Shown: positions 16,846-33,581, counted from the stretch's first letter. The stretch: 64,000 bases of DNA from Psilocybe cubensis (GCA_017499595.2 CM039006.1:1736001-1800000); one strand, 5' to 3'. Program-made: numbers and translations. The notes: a model not told the origin generated them from the letters alone.

Positions 16846-19800
16846 ATGCCTCCAAAGACCCGCCACGGCGCACAGAGCTCAAAGAACAGGCTCGCGTTTC
16901 GCGACAGGCTTGCGGGAAAGGGTATCACTGCAGATACTTTGCTCAAGAAACTCCAGACTCTTCATACACAGCTAGCAGCACTCGATCAGGACAATGTTGA
17001 CGTCGCATCTCTTAGCACCGCGCGCACAGAACTCATCGACAGGTCTTTGCTACTCCACAAAGAGCGCGGAGTCAAGGCGTATACCGCCTGCTGTTTGGCA
17101 GATATCCTTCGACTATACGCCCCGGAGGCACCTTATACCCAAAATGAGCTCCGCGATATCTTTCAATTCTTTTTTCGACAATTATCTGCCGGACTGAAGG
17201 GGCAGGAAGAACCATACTTCAATGAATACTTCCACCTTTTGGAATCTTTATCCACGGTCAAGAGTGTTGTTCTCGTGTGCGACCTACCTTCAGCAGATGA
17301 ACTATTGCACGATATATTCAAAGACTTATTCAACATTGTCAAACGCGATCTACCCAGCAAAGTCGAGAGATTCATAGCGGATATCTTAGCGGCACTCATT
17401 GATGAGTGCTCATCATTTCCCGCCGATGCGTTGGAGGTTTTAATGGCGCAGTTTATTGAGAAGAACGCGGTAAGTGCAACTTTGAATTTGTCCTGCAGTA
17501 TCTTACGACGCGTTTGTATAGCGACCCGAGCAACCTGGTTACCGTCTTGCTACCCAAGTTTGCAATGCTGCCGCAGACAAATTGCAAAGGCACGTATGCC
17601 AGTACTTTGGCGACCTCGTCACGTCAACATCAGAAGAAGACGCAGAAGAGGACCTGGATAACATGCGTACCAGCCATGAACTTGTGAAACGACTGCATCG
17701 ATCATGTCCCGCAGTGCTCCACAGTGTTATCCCCATTCTAGAAACCGAATTGCGCGCCGATGGTTTGAACGCTCGACTTATTGCAACGCAGACATTGGGA
17801 GAAATGTATGCAGATAAAGGCGGGCCTGAACTCGTTCGGAAATACCCAAGTACATGGCAGGCTTGGATTAATAGGAAGTCAGATATATCCGTTGCTGTAA
17901 GGCTGAAGTGCGTGGAAGCTGTTCCAGCACTGTTGGCTAAACTACCAGAATCCCGCGAGAGTCTGGACGGTAGGCACCTGAATTTTGTCAGTCATTCCGT
18001 AAACTCATGGAAACATATAGAATTGTTGAAAGCCAAAATCTACGACCCCGATGAGAAGGTTAGAACGGCCGCATGCAAGGTCTACTTCCACCTCGACTAC
18101 GAATCAGCTTTACATCACGTTTCGGAGGAACAGCTTCATAGAGTCGTTGAAAGAGGGTTGGATAAAAAGGTGTTTTTTCTGTTGATTGTCGAGGGCCTGC
18201 AGTATTTACCAACGTTGTTAGGCTTCCGTTCGAACACAAGCTCTCAACAGCATAGGGAGACTCTATAGCCTCGCCTATCCCGAAATGTCAGTGGAATCTT
18301 GCCTCTAAATTGTTTTGCTCACAGATCATCACTCAGCGAAAACAATGAACCCATGGCGGTCAAACAGTTCCGATGGATTCCTGAAGAGGTACTTTCAATA
18401 GCAACTACTACTGAGACAAGGTAAATGTCATTCTTTGTTCCCTTTTGGTCGGTAACTGATGTGCATTCAGAGGTTTGGTCGAGCAAGTGCTGTTCGACTA
18501 TATCCTTCCCCTTCCCTCAATATCCACTTCTTCAGCAACACGGGAAAAAGATGTCGACGAAGTTGCATGGACCGATCGGCTTTTAAGCGTAATGAGAACG
18601 CTTACTCCGAAGACATCAACCTTGCTCTTAAGTCTGTCTGGCTTAAAAACTTCGTGAGTGGAACGATTATTACAGTCGAATAAACACTCATCCAATGTGA
18701 CATTAGTCGGCCTAACGTATACGATCATTACCTGGAAAGCTGTGTGAAGAATAACGTGTGTTTACTCAACAAGTAATGGTCTTCTTTCATTTGACGGCAT
18801 CAACAGGGAGGTATCATCGATAAGGATGAAGAAATCATCGTCAATAGACTGAAGAACACAAGCCAGTACCTTGCGGGTATGCTAAGTGTCGCTCGGTTGC
18901 AAAATTCCCCTACTAAAGTTTCCATAGCTTCTTTCGTTGATACCTTCAAGGCAAACGAAGATTTATTAGCGTTCGCGAAACTTAACGAAAACCGACTATT
19001 TAAACTGCTAAAAACATGCATGGATCCACAGACGGATTTGAAAACCTTGATCAAATCCTCGGTATGATCTCTTTTTCTCGAGAAACTATTTTTTCCTGAA
19101 GATTTGTGATTTCAACAGAACGAATTCCTCAAAAGACTTGAACAGCTTTCACCCTCCATCGTTCCCACAATGACAGCAATCCTTCGCCGGTCAAGCTATG
19201 GTATCGTTAACCAATCATCCATACCAACTCTTTTCAAGCGATTGGAGAAAGGGAACCAGGAAGGCGCGAGCGGTAAGGCCCGATACGCTGCAAACAACGC
19301 GCAATCAATTCTTCTGGCTATATCAAAACACTGCCCAGCGCTGTTCAAATCCCACATCGCGGAGTTGAGCAAGGCGATCGCTGATGAATCCAAGACACAG
19401 CTGGTGGAAGTTGCTTTGATGGCGCTGGCTAACGTAGTCAAGTGGGATGAAAAATTGGGTGCATCAGTAGACAAGTAAGTCATTCATTTACTCAACCGAA
19501 GATCGATATCGATCATCCTCTATTATCTCTTTTAGGAAAACCAATGAGCGCATAGTCAAACTGGCTTTGAGTTCAAATTGGCGGCACGCAAAATTCGCTG
19601 CGAGGTACTTGGCATTTTCAAAGAACAAGAATACCAGTTGTTCTCAGGTCATAGAAGTAGGTGCTACCCTGTCTTAATGTCCCATTTGCTGAAGGCTTCC
19701 TGTCACAGTCAATAGCAACAAACATCGAGTCAGATGAACCAGAGTTACCTGTAGCTCAAATCGCTGCTCTTGTTCAACTCGTCAAATTTGCGCCTGATGC

Positions 19801-21777
19801 GTTTGAACAAAAGAGTGATGTTATCATTACATATCTCATCAAGCGCGTATTGATGGTACCCAGCCCGGCAGATCCTGTTCGTATCATTGATTTGTTTGAG
19901 TGGGATCACGTACTGACTATGTGTTCACTTCTTTCAGAATGAGGAGGATTCGGAAGAAGAATGGATTGAGAATGATGAAATTCCAGACGAATTGCGTGCT
20001 AAAGTGTTGGCTGTAAAAGTCTGCAGAAACAGATGTCTCTCACACGCAGCATCAGAGCAGGCCCTGGAAATTGCTACACCCGTGCTCAAGTTACTCGCAA
20101 CGCTGCTTGAACACGACGGTTCATTAAGCCTACAAGTTGAAGAGAAGTAAGTTCAGATCATTCTCAATCTCATAGAACATACTTGCTGAAATTTGTTCTA
20201 GCCCAAAATTCAAGTCTCGTCTGCGTCTTCAAGCTGCGATTTCTTTACTTCACCTGTGCACAATAGAAACATTCTCCACCGCCATTTCTCCCAAGTTTGT
20301 GCGCCTTGCTTGTGTTATCCAGGTTTGCATCATCATTTACATCGGGCATGGAATTTTCATTGAAGCGTGCATTAGGACTCTTGCTTCAACGTGCGCTTAG
20401 CGTTCCTGACCAAACTCATCAGTTTCCTTCATCCTCGCAAACTTTCACCTCGGTTCAACGTGATACCTATGCTTACCGTTCTTGATCCCGAGCCTGATAC
20501 CAAAACTATGGTGAGCAACATCCTGATTCACAGCAATTCTGGATTTGAATAAAGACGACAGGCTGCACAATACGTCGAAAACATAAAAAGGCGGATGACT
20601 AAGGGTAAGTTGAGCACTTTCTGTTGAAATGCACATCATCCTGATTTCCCTCGAGACATGCAACGGGAAAACCTAGAAATTATCTTTATTCGCTTGCTGC
20701 ATCTTCTTGCTCATCATCCCGACTTCGGCACTTCGCAAGACGAGCTTCTGGATATGGCCACGTACGTTGAGCCCCTAGTTCCTTCTCATATGTCGATTGA
20801 TTGAATTGTCTCCTTGATAGATATATCCAATTCTACCTTGATCTCGTCGCAACGGCGGACAACATCCCTCTCTTATTCCACATCGCCCAAAAAGGGAAGA
20901 CCGTCCGCGATCCAGAGTCGCATGCTCGCAGCGAGGTACAAGTTTTTTGTCGGTGCACACCCACAGGAAATGACTGATAAGATGATCTTTAGAACTTTTA
21001 TGTGTTGTGTGAAATGGCGCAGTTCTTGGTCAAGGCCAGAGCTAACGCAAATTCATGGCCAATGGACAGCAACCCCTACAAAATCAGGCTTCCGTCTGAT
21101 ATTCTGCGAGCCCTGCCTAGTGTAGAAGCCACCAACCAGGTATGTATCGCAAATACCGTGTAGTGTTCCGTTCTAATGAAGGTGTTGGTAGATTCTCAAA
21201 ACGACCTACCTGCCTGCGGAAGCGACTAGGTGGATGTCCGAACGGTTTAAGCTCGGAGGAGCAAAGGTGATATATGGTTAGCCCTAGCTGGTCTGCATCT
21301 GGTCTTACGCCACCTGTGCTCTAGGAAAAGAAGGAGAAGAAGGAAAAAGTGCCCGCAAAACGCAAAGCTCCGCCGACAAAGTCGAATGGACACTCAAAGT
21401 ACGTCACGTATGCGTCAATATGCTTTTGTTCACGGTTGACTCATCCATTACTCCAGACGTTCAAAGAAGAGACGATCTGACGAGGATGAAGATGACGAAG
21501 AGGATGATGGTGGCGAAGAGTCTGCAGCTGACAGTGATGTGGAGATGGCGAATGGCACCACTCCAACCCGGGCAGGCCGGGCTCGAAAGAGCGATGCATC
21601 GGAGGATACTAGGCAGCAGACAAGGGCTGAACGACTCAGTGCCCGTATACAGGCCAAGGTGCGTAGAGCAGCAACTGATACATATGATCTGTTATTCAAG
21701 CTTTCTATGCTTCTTAGGAGAGACTCTCAACCAAAGGCAAAAAGGCTGGAAGCCCCTCCGAAGATGAAGATGGATGA
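16846..21777 (+). CDS. PDS5: Sister chromatid cohesion protein Pds5 (HEAT repeats)
   Basis: LLHKERGVKAYTACCLADILRLYAPEAPY, YFHLLESLSTVKSVVLVCDLP, DPDEKVR, SRLRLQAA and FIRLLHLLAHHPDF; acidic/basic tail; TGA 21775-21777. Confidence 0.95.
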
Positions 21778-22636
21778 TTTCATCCCAAGGATGGATGCCA
21801 TCCTACACTCTTTTTTCCCGTCCTCGACTCTCCCAGGATTTCTCTCTCTCTTTATTTCTCGTTTGTGGAACATATCAGGTTTTTTTATGCATTCCTTTTT
21901 CTACTGACTGTTTGTCATTTATTCAATTATTTGCCTTGCTCTCTGTATTGCTTTCTGTCTGTGTACGACTTACTGTATCCACTGCTTCCTTTTTTAAAAC
22001 CCCTTATTCCACGATCTTTTCATGATAATATTTACGATTTCTTAGCAGCATTTTGCTGTATTCAGTCCTTTATATCACCAAGATAGTTGTGTATTTAAGC
22101 GATGCAATGATTGTTGTTATAAAAGGGATGTTTCAATACATTAATTGTATCGCGAAAGCGCAGTATGAGTTTGGATTAAATAAATATGCGCTACTTTGAT
22201 AATCAATATGTGATATGTTCGGTATCATGGGTTGGGATGTGATAATAGAGTAAGTGGAAGAAAAAAACAACAACAATGAGGATGAAGGTTAAAACGTGCA
22301 TGTAGGATAGCAATAGGGATGGTAGGTAGAGGTGGGAGGTGAGACAGGGGCATGGGAAAACATGAGAAAACATAATAGTCAAACAACAAGTACAATATGA
22401 TGATAAAAGCACAAATGATAATGTTCCAACACAAGAAAAGCCCAAAAAAATTTTACAATGAGAAAGACGATACATAGTGCAGACTCGTTTTGGCGAAAGT
22501 CAGGGGTTAGCCAAGGATTAGTTGAGTTGAGGGGTTCCAAGGCAGGAATTTTTTTTTGTGAGAGGGGTTAAGTTGGTGGGAGATGGATGAAAGCTTTTAG
22601 GAGACGCGTTATCGTGTGTTCGCCTCCTATGGATTA

Positions 22637-24961
22637 TCACCGATCCGCGCCATGAGCAGGGCCCCTACTGAGTTCGACACCCAGTTTCTGCACCAACGCC
22701 GCCCCAAGCGGCTCCAGCGCCTCCGACCACAAGCGCCGCCTCCTCCTGCCCTCAAAGATCTCCCTCGACCGCTCGCCCGTCTCGCCCTCGGGGCCAAACA
22801 CAAACACCTTATCCTCGCGCCACGGCACCTCTCCATACGCAAACGAGATCCAGCGCTCCTGCATAGCGTCGCGCACGCGGCAGTACGAGTACTCGTCCAC
22901 AGGCGCAACGAGCCACTCGTCCTGCTCCGCGTCCTGCTCGCTCGAGCTGCTCGACGAGCCCCCCTTCGACTCGCGCGGCGCGATGGACTCGCATTTCGCT
23001 GCGAGCGCGCTGCTGAAGCTGTCGCCCCTGCAGCGCGTGCGCCCGCGCGCGCAGTCACCTTCACCGTCCGCGCCCGGGCAGGGGCTCGCGATGCCGGGCG
23101 AGACGCACGGCTCGTCTTCTAATTCGTCCGAGACGTCGTCGTCGAGCTCAACCGAGAACATGTCCATCTCCATGACAGCGCCCATTTTGGCGCTGGCTGG
23201 CAATGGGACGTTGTCGAAGAGGTACATGAGGTCCGCGGCGTGGTGGGGGATGCCCCGCGAGGGGCCTTCCTGATCAAAGACGAAGCGCCAGACGCCGTGG
23301 TCGCCGCGTTCCTGTGCGGCGTTTTGTGCGATGCAGTGTGTAGGCCACGCCACACGGGCGTCGTTGACGAGCTCAAGAACACGCTCGGTGATTTCTTCCT
23401 CAGGGGTGTATTGCGATACATCGTATGCTCGCAAGATAGCAGATGTTTTACTCAAAGACTGGCATACGGCCTTGAGCCGTCGGACTACCCCGGCAGAGGT
23501 CCACAGAGATATAGGGTTGGACCAGAGGTAAGAGTCCGCCGAGGAATCGCCAATGATGATGGGTTGAGTAATATGATGGGTGTGCTCAGGGATGGTGGGT
23601 ATAGCCTTTGCTTTCGGACGTGATGGCGAGCGAAGATTGCGTATGGCAGATCTGCTCCTGCTCCTACTTTTACTGCGTTGCCCTGTCGGGCGCAGAAGAT
23701 TGTTAAGCACACCGTGGTGTATTCTGCTGTGCTCTGTAAGAGAGTGGCCTCCGTTTGGCTTGGGCCCTAAAAAGTTCTGCCACCCGTCTCTAAAGAACAC
23801 ACGGTCGTCGACTACTCTTAGAGTCTGGCCAAGGCCTAGCAGCTTCTCGACTTCAATATTGCGATATTTTTCGATATTGGTGAGTTGCAGGGCCGATACC
23901 ACGCGAGACAGACACCATCCCGCAGATCCAACGTCAGGTAAGGTTGGTTCGAATACAGGAGATTGTATTATCGACTGATGGAATATGGGGCGAGTGAGGT
24001 TGGCCTGCGAGAGGAGATGGCAGACGATGTCGGCGGCGCCGGACCCGGAGCCAAACAGAGTAATGTTATTTGGGTCGCCTCCAAATTCAGAGATGTAACG
24101 GTGCACCCAGTCGTTCGCATTGCGCTGATCGCGAAGGCCTAGACAAAGACAAGGCAGTCAGCAACGGTAACTAAAAGTGGGGTGCGGGATCGAATGTAGA
24201 CTCGCCATAATTTCCGGTCCCATGCTCGCCAGCTGCTTTGTTGTCGTCACGAATAATGGCGTTGGTGGCGAAGCCCAGGAGACCGATGCGGAAGCTATGT
24301 CGTAACTGAGAAACATGCTTGACAGAACAGAAATGAAATAGATACGTACTTGAAAGTGACAAGTATGATTGGCTTGTTGTATCGAATGCTTTTACGGACA
24401 ATAGCTCCGCCGTCGTAATACCATTCTGAGCCAGAACCTCTGTCGCCGCCGCTAGATTAGACAACAACATTAGCCAGAGACTCGAATAAACAAAGACAAG
24501 AACGGAGCGCACCCGTGTACCCAGATCATGACGGGCAAGCGCGAGTCGGGGGTGAGACCAGCAGGACAGGTGATGTTGAGGTTTAAGCACTCGAATTCAT
24601 CCTGTTTGAGATTTTGGTTGGGAATCTCGTCCAATGGGATCCCGAATAGGGTCTCCTCCATTGATTTTGTCGCCCGCTGTTGCGGACATATTGGACTGTA
24701 CAAACAAAATTAAGTTGAGGGTATGGACAATAATGACAGGCATTCTTACCCATGCTTCGAAGCGTCGACTATGGGCGGATACGTGGTGCAGAGGACAGAC
24801 TGGCGAAAACGCGCCGGTATATGAGCATACTTAATACCAAGAAACTGGTGGATTGGGGTATCTGGGGTAGACAACGGGTGCTCAAGACCACAGAAAGTGG
24901 CCTCTAAACCCAAGTGGTGATGTTTGGGGTATAACTCTTGACTTGATCCCGGCACAGGCAT
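22637..24961 (-). CDS. Type-B carboxylesterase-family protein, nucleophile Ser apparently replaced (GSGSG)
   Basis: FLGIKYA, DEFECLNLNITCP, LPVMIWVHGGG, FRIGLLGF, GNYGLRDQ, FGGDPNNITLFGSGSGAADI and HAADLMYLF. Confidence 0.88.
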
Positions 24962-26363
24962 AGTGCAAAGTATGAAACGGGAAGGTGGTGGTTGAACAGT
25001 GAGTGGAGAAGTTTACGTCCAAAGAAAGGAAGTATTTGAATGCCTGCGAAACGGTGGGTTTCGCTGCATAGCATGATCGATCGTAGTGCATTTCTGGAGG
25101 AGCCCTGCAGAAAACTCCAATGCCTGTCCCAGATAGGAAGGTGGCCAGACTGCACGTGATCTCTCGGAGAGACCCGGACCCAGCGCTTCTCACAGCTGTT
25201 GCGCTGTCCGTCTCCGCGAATCTGACCGGAGTGCTGATGTACTGTATGTCGAATAATTCTCGGAGACTTGCTGACGTGCATTCTGACGACAGCCATGGCG
25301 CAAAAGAAAAAAACTTATAGAGGAGCACTGCAACGCTCCATCTTTAGGAGAGGCCAGCGCGACGTAATAGCACGGACCGTCGGACGCTTGGCTTTCTGTG
25401 CGTGGTCATGTTATAGCCAGCTTCGGCTCATCGATGATTCACGCAGAACCCGGGCAATAATGAAACCAGGTGTAGCTAGCCTGCTGATTACCGTTAATAC
25501 AAGCTCCGTGTATGAGAACAACGAACACACACCTTGCGCGAAGAGCGCCTGGCCGGGCCAGTTTGGACATATACAGATTTTGACTCTGTGCAGGGACCCG
25601 GCACCTGACACTGCGAGTTGTCAAAGTATAAAACGTAACGCTTCGTGCAAGCGAGTGCGGTCGCACAGCGCCTGCGAAAGCCTAGATGATGTACGCGCGT
25701 CGAGATCGATGAAATCCAGCCGTCCGATGGCGTCCGCGAGACAGAACGAGCAACTCTGCACTCACCGTCTGTTCAAACAAGCTTAGGCCACGGCGAAAAG
25801 AAACACAAGCACGTTCATAACTCGCATTTTTCACAATCTTGCACAGAGTTACAGGTCAACGTGCATATACTCGCTACTAGAAGCAGCTCGAAACCAGAGA
25901 TTCGAGGCGGATGGCGGAATCCATCCACTGCCCAGAATGCCACGACGAGCACTACTAATCTGCACTATAGGGGGCGACGATAGATGAAGATGGACGTTGA
26001 GGAAAAAAGACGAGGAGATCAATAGCTTATCGGTCTCTATAATTAGAGTCTCGGCTATCGCGAAGTCTTTATCGATGCCATCAATCATCTCCGTTTGGAT
26101 CTGCCCTTGACATCACTTCTTTGATTCTATCGATAACGCACGTGCTCAACTGGCCACCAATGCATGGGCGCTTACCAGACGGATCCCTCTGACTGATTTG
26201 AACCTCTCGGAGGGTGTATACAACCTAACGGCCTCGGAGATAATCCAGATTAAAGTGCCTGCCTATAGCACACTCAATGGAACCATAAAAATTTCTCTCT
26301 CGACTACCTCTCGTGGGTTTTTCGGCACATTTTCGTGGTTTTTCTTTGAAAAGATTCAAAAAG

Positions 26364-26449
26364 AGGCACTGCCCGGATTCGAACCGGGGTTACAAGAATA
26401 CATGATATGGAATCAGAATCTTGAGTGATAACCACTACACTACAGCGCC
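26364..26449 (-). tRNA. tRNA-Gln(CUG) with 14-nt intron
   Basis: Minus strand reads GGCGCTGTAGTGTAGTGGTTATCACTCAAGATTCTGA[ttccatatcatgta]TTCTTGTAACCCCGGTTCGAATCCGGGCAGTGCCT. Acceptor stem GGCGCTG/CAGTGCC; anticodon stem CAAGA/TCTTG; intron 26399-26412 after position 37; T-run Pol III terminator just downstream. Confidence 0.95.
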
Positions 26450-27204
26450 TTGAAGGTTGTTTGGTTAATTGCATATATCTCTCTACCATCTATTATTCCT
26501 TTAATCCACCACCGTCGACCTCATTGACATCCGAAAGACTTTCAATGGCTCACCACCAAGGAAGAAGCTTGATTTTCACCATACGGCACTTGCCAATTGT
26601 TGTCTATCGTGATCTTTAGATTATCCATTTACACCAATTTTTTGAGTTTAACTAGGTGCTTTGTCTAGTCAGTGAAGAGCGATAACATCTAAATGCTTGG
26701 ACAAGTACTATGTCCTTGGTATAAATCCTTGGCAGGACTCCACTATTGTAGCTCGGCAGGTTTAACTGCACGACAGGAAAAAACAAGAGCCTATACGTAA
26801 ACCAAATTTTGTCATTTTACAGCAGAGCTGGCTATATGCAACAAAATAAGGCATCCACCAACTCAGTGCGAATTATGCACCGATAGGCGGCATATGAACA
26901 CGTCATTTCATGTAGTTACTTGCTCGCAAGTGTTCACATCGCCTCACTCAGTCAATTAGCCGTGGGAAATAAAATGTCTGACTTTACAAAATGCATCTTA
27001 GATGCCGGGCAGTATACGCACGCGCGCTGTACTCCGACGTTGATAACAAGCGTATAATAGCCTAAATGATAAAAACGTTACCAAAGATCAGTGACGAAAA
27101 GTCAGCTACTTGGTATAGCATTTAAGACGATGCCGCCGTCCATTGTTGTAGTGTCTACAGAATATTCCCTCCTCATTCCCCACTTGGTGTAGCACTAGAA
27201 AATC

Positions 27205-28559
27205 ATGAAGTATACTCTCTGGAATATGTTTATAGACCAGACTTTCAAATCCATCCCGGGTGTTGTCACCAAGAACTTGGAAGGTCGGACAGTAGTTGTA
27301 ACTGGGGCGAACGGAGGCATAGGATTCGAGACGGCGAAGCATTTCGCTAAGATGAACCCAGCGCGGGTAATCATAGCCTGCAGAAATCAAAAGTTCGGCG
27401 ACGAAGCAGCAACAAGTACATATTTTCTACTTTGAATCATATCCGTTCAAGCGCTAATCAATGCTGCAGAGATCAAACAGGACACCGGATTTTCCAACGT
27501 TGAGGTCTGGCTACTCGATCTGGCCAGCTTCGCCTCTGTCAATGCCTTTGCGGAGAAATACGAAAAGGAAGGTGGGAGATTGGATATCCTAGTGGAAAAT
27601 GCCGCAACAATACCAAATGGCAAAATGGTACTCACAGACGATGGATGGGAGTCCGTGTATGTGGCTATGATTTTTCTCCACAATGCCGCTGAGTGCACTT
27701 ACAAATGCTACTTGACCCAGATTCCAAGTCAACAACTTATCGACATCGCTACTTGCCCTCCTTCTTCTCCCTCGAATGTTGGAGACGGCAAAAACGCACC
27801 AAACAACTCCGCGTCTAGTTGTCGTTTCAAGCGGCGTGCATTTTTGGACCAAGATCGATGACTCGGTTATCAAGAGTGAAAATCCTCTAAAAGCGTTCGG
27901 AACTTCTCCTAAATATCTAGGGCGGTAAGGCAACATCCAAAAAATTACAATTCCCATTCTAAACCCTTTCAAAGTGCAACCAATTCGATTGCGGCAAAAC
28001 GATACTATGACACCAAACGTACGAAAGCTAAAGGATCCAAATATTACACATATCGTTACTGACGCGCATACACACACACAGTACTCAACCTCTTCTTCGC
28101 TCGAGCGCTTGCAGATCGTCTACGGGGCCAGCCAATAATCGTCAACAGCGTCGATCCAGGATACGCCTACTCGAATCTCCGCAGAAATCTCAAAGGAATC
28201 ATGGCGATCGTCGACTGGCTTATGGAAAAAGCTGTCGCTATAACGTCTGAACAAGCCAGTCGCCAGCTAATATATGCTGCAGTGCATGACCCTCCCGTCG
28301 CTAATGATCTTCGCGGGGCGTATATCATGCAAGGCAAGATTTCGGAACCTAGCGACTATGTGATTAGCCGCGAGGGAATCTCTGTTCAGAATATATTATG
28401 GGTCAGCCACATTCCTGAAATTATATAGATTCTTTGTCTCTGACGCCAGATTTTCTACAGGACAATCTAATTGAGGAATTGACAAAAGTCAATCCAGACG
28501 TTGCCCAGGTTGTAAAAGAGCACTTGCGAGAACCACCAACAAACACGCGTGTCTATTAG
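27205..28559 (+). CDS. Short-chain dehydrogenase/reductase (retinol dehydrogenase-like)
   Basis: VVVTGANGGIGFETAKHF, LDLASFASV, LDILVENAA, VVVSSG, catalytic YYDTK and VNSVDPG; TAG 28557-28559. Confidence 0.92.
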
Positions 28560-29277
28560 TATCTAGTATCATGAGAATTAGTTATACGACTTTACATTTA
28601 ATTGACCAGACCTTTTACTACGCCGAGCCGCGAGGATTCAGGAGTTGGGGATCCACATTCCACAACATGTGTAAAGAGAACTTTGCAAGGTGCATAGGCA
28701 CCTTGCGCTGCGGGCGCTAATGCCGCTAGTACATTTATGGATACAATACCGAACATTGTCATCAAATTAATTGTCGACAAAGTTAGACTGCCGTAAAGGT
28801 GGACTGTACATACCGAATACTAGCGAGGCTGTGGTGTCCCCAGGTGACTGAAAGAAACTGCTTGAGTCGCCTGGAACAAAAGCAACAAAAGCGCATATAA
28901 TTCTTGTTTTTCTGAATGAAAGGGGATTCAAACAAGTAAACGCCGAGATAACAACGAAGGATCTACAACTGACCTATATTCGGACGCGAAGCAACGTGTT
29001 ATCACTTGTCCAACGTCAAGGCTGTCAGCCAACAGATTACAACTCCGACCGAAAAGGCTTTTGTTCATCGAGGAGTCGCCACGCTTCTGTGGCTATGTTT
29101 GGTCTTTTTGCCTCCTTTTCCCATTGTTGGTGCCACCGGCACTCCAACGGGCACTTTTGAAGACAATGAGTATTAATCCGGAAAACGCGTAACGTATAAA
29201 TCGATCTGTCCTGATTACTTTTCTCCCTTCACACACCATTCAGTATCCTTTCCCGTTTTCCCACATTTCATCTGAGG

Positions 29278-30784
29278 ATGCCCCAGCCTGCTTCTTCTGC
29301 TTCTTCTTCATCGCCTTCGAATCCTCTGACTGTGGTGGCAGAGCCCAATCAGCCCCCACAGGATGGTAATCCGTTGCGCGGATTTGATCTTCTCATCAAG
29401 GGATTCAAAGATATGACTCTCAAGGAGCTCGAAGCCAACTCGTGCGGTGGCAAAGAAGGCCGGGTGGCCATTCTGCAGCAGCGCATGGGCGTCCTCTCGA
29501 GACTTGAAGTGGACCTACACACCTTCGCGGATCGTCAGGCCAAGGCACGGCAGATCGCTGAGGAGCATCGGGATCTGGTGTTCGAAGCGCAGAAGCTCAA
29601 AGAAGATCTTGAAGCATCCAAGGAACAGTGCAAAGAGTCGCAGCGAGCTTCGAAGCATTGGGAGAATCAGCATCGCGTGGCTGTCAATCGGGCTCGAACG
29701 GCGGAGGAAGAGTTGAAGAAGAGGGCCACACAGACCGACGAAGCGCGACAGCAGGCTGAACAGGAACGAAAGAAGGCCCAGAAACTCCAAGCAAAGGTCG
29801 ACGAGCTGCAAAAGCTCCAGCTTCAGCAGCAAAAGGTCGCACAAGGCAGCGGTGAATTGAGCAAGAAACCGACGAAAGATACGGCAAATCCAGATCTACA
29901 GGGGCTCTCGCGAAAAAACGACAAGCTAGCAGCGCAATTGAAGAAGAAACAGGAGGAATATCAAGTCAAATCTCTTGCGCTTCAAGCAGCAACCAAAGAG
30001 CTCGGAGAACTGAGGACTGAGGTGGCGAGACTCACTACAGAGAACGGCACGGTCAAGAGCGAGATCGACATGCTCAGGCATATACAGAAGGAAGTAAAGG
30101 CTGAGAGCGACTCTGAATTGGCTCAAGCTAAGGTGGAGATCGCAACGCGAATGCGACAACTCGAGTTCTTGGGGCGACGATACCAGGCTCTGAAAGCTGA
30201 TCTTGAGAAGACAGATTCTACACTGCTATCTGAGAAAGAGACATCCGAAAGATTGCGTCAGAAGATCAGAGAACTCACTGCCTATGAGCCCCTAGGAGTA
30301 GGTTTCCCGTTGACTCTAACTTCTTGTATTTTGCTTATAATGGCATCTTCTCATGTAGGATGCAGAGATCGCAGATCGTATTCGGATCCGCAATCTTATT
30401 GATCAGGCTCAAGAACGTCTCGCCATTGCTGCTGGCCTAGAACCCGCTCCCGGCGAGAGCCTCGCGTTGACCTGGAGGCTAGCACTTGGACCCGGCACAA
30501 ATGACGCTGTACGCGTCGAACGTGCTAAGGAGCTGCTCTCTGGCAACAATCTCTCACCGGGAGATATCGAATTCATTTCGAATGAAGAGGCACTTCATCA
30601 TGCTTGTCAAAGCTACTCTCGTTTCCGCGCTCCTGGAAACGATCTCCATAATATGCTGGACAGAGCGGGATATCTGACCTCTCTTGATCGCTACTTGAAG
30701 CATGTTCATTCTGAGTCTGCGCGGGCGCCGCTGGAGGCTATGGTTGATTATGTTTGCCCTACGGCTCCTGATCCTTCTGAGTAA
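29278..30784 (+). CDS. Hypothetical long coiled-coil protein
   Basis: ~340-codon E/K/Q/L-rich first exon, an intron at ~30298-30358 and a second exon ending TAA 30784. Family not recognised. Confidence 0.75.
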
Positions 30785-31222
30785 CGGACGAGACTCGTGT
30801 CTGTGAGCTGTCATGCTCGAGCTTCGATGGAACATCTATGGGCTCTCGGTTTCTTGATATCATTTTTGATATTCCGAGAGGGAAAGGAAGATCCAGAAGC
30901 ATTGCTTTTCCATTGAAATGGCGATCGAATAATGCAATCTAACATTGAACCGTGTAGTGCATGGAGGGCAGTAAGTTAGTTAGGTGAAGCTTATGACTGG
31001 CGGTTTACAAGTAGGTTTGATAATTTGAAGAATTGAATAAGCTGGTAGTTCAATCATATATCCGAGGATAGGACTCAACGTGATGAACATTTGGGAACCC
31101 AATATTTGTTTTCGTTCTAGGAGAAGGAGTCTCCATTGGCGTCTGTTTTCAACATATAATTAAAATGATTGGCCAAATGGGCAAATTGAGATTGTCCTGA
31201 GGTTCATCTGCTATTCAGATCA

Positions 31223-33581
<2,359 letters not shown>

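Noticed and set aside
22616-23978. Many long overlapping ORFs on both strands
   Set aside because: They are shadows of the GC-rich carboxylesterase exon, with few stops and no recognisable motifs.
25268-26300. ORFs and one intron-like segment between the esterase and the tRNA
   Set aside because: No coherent gene model could be built.
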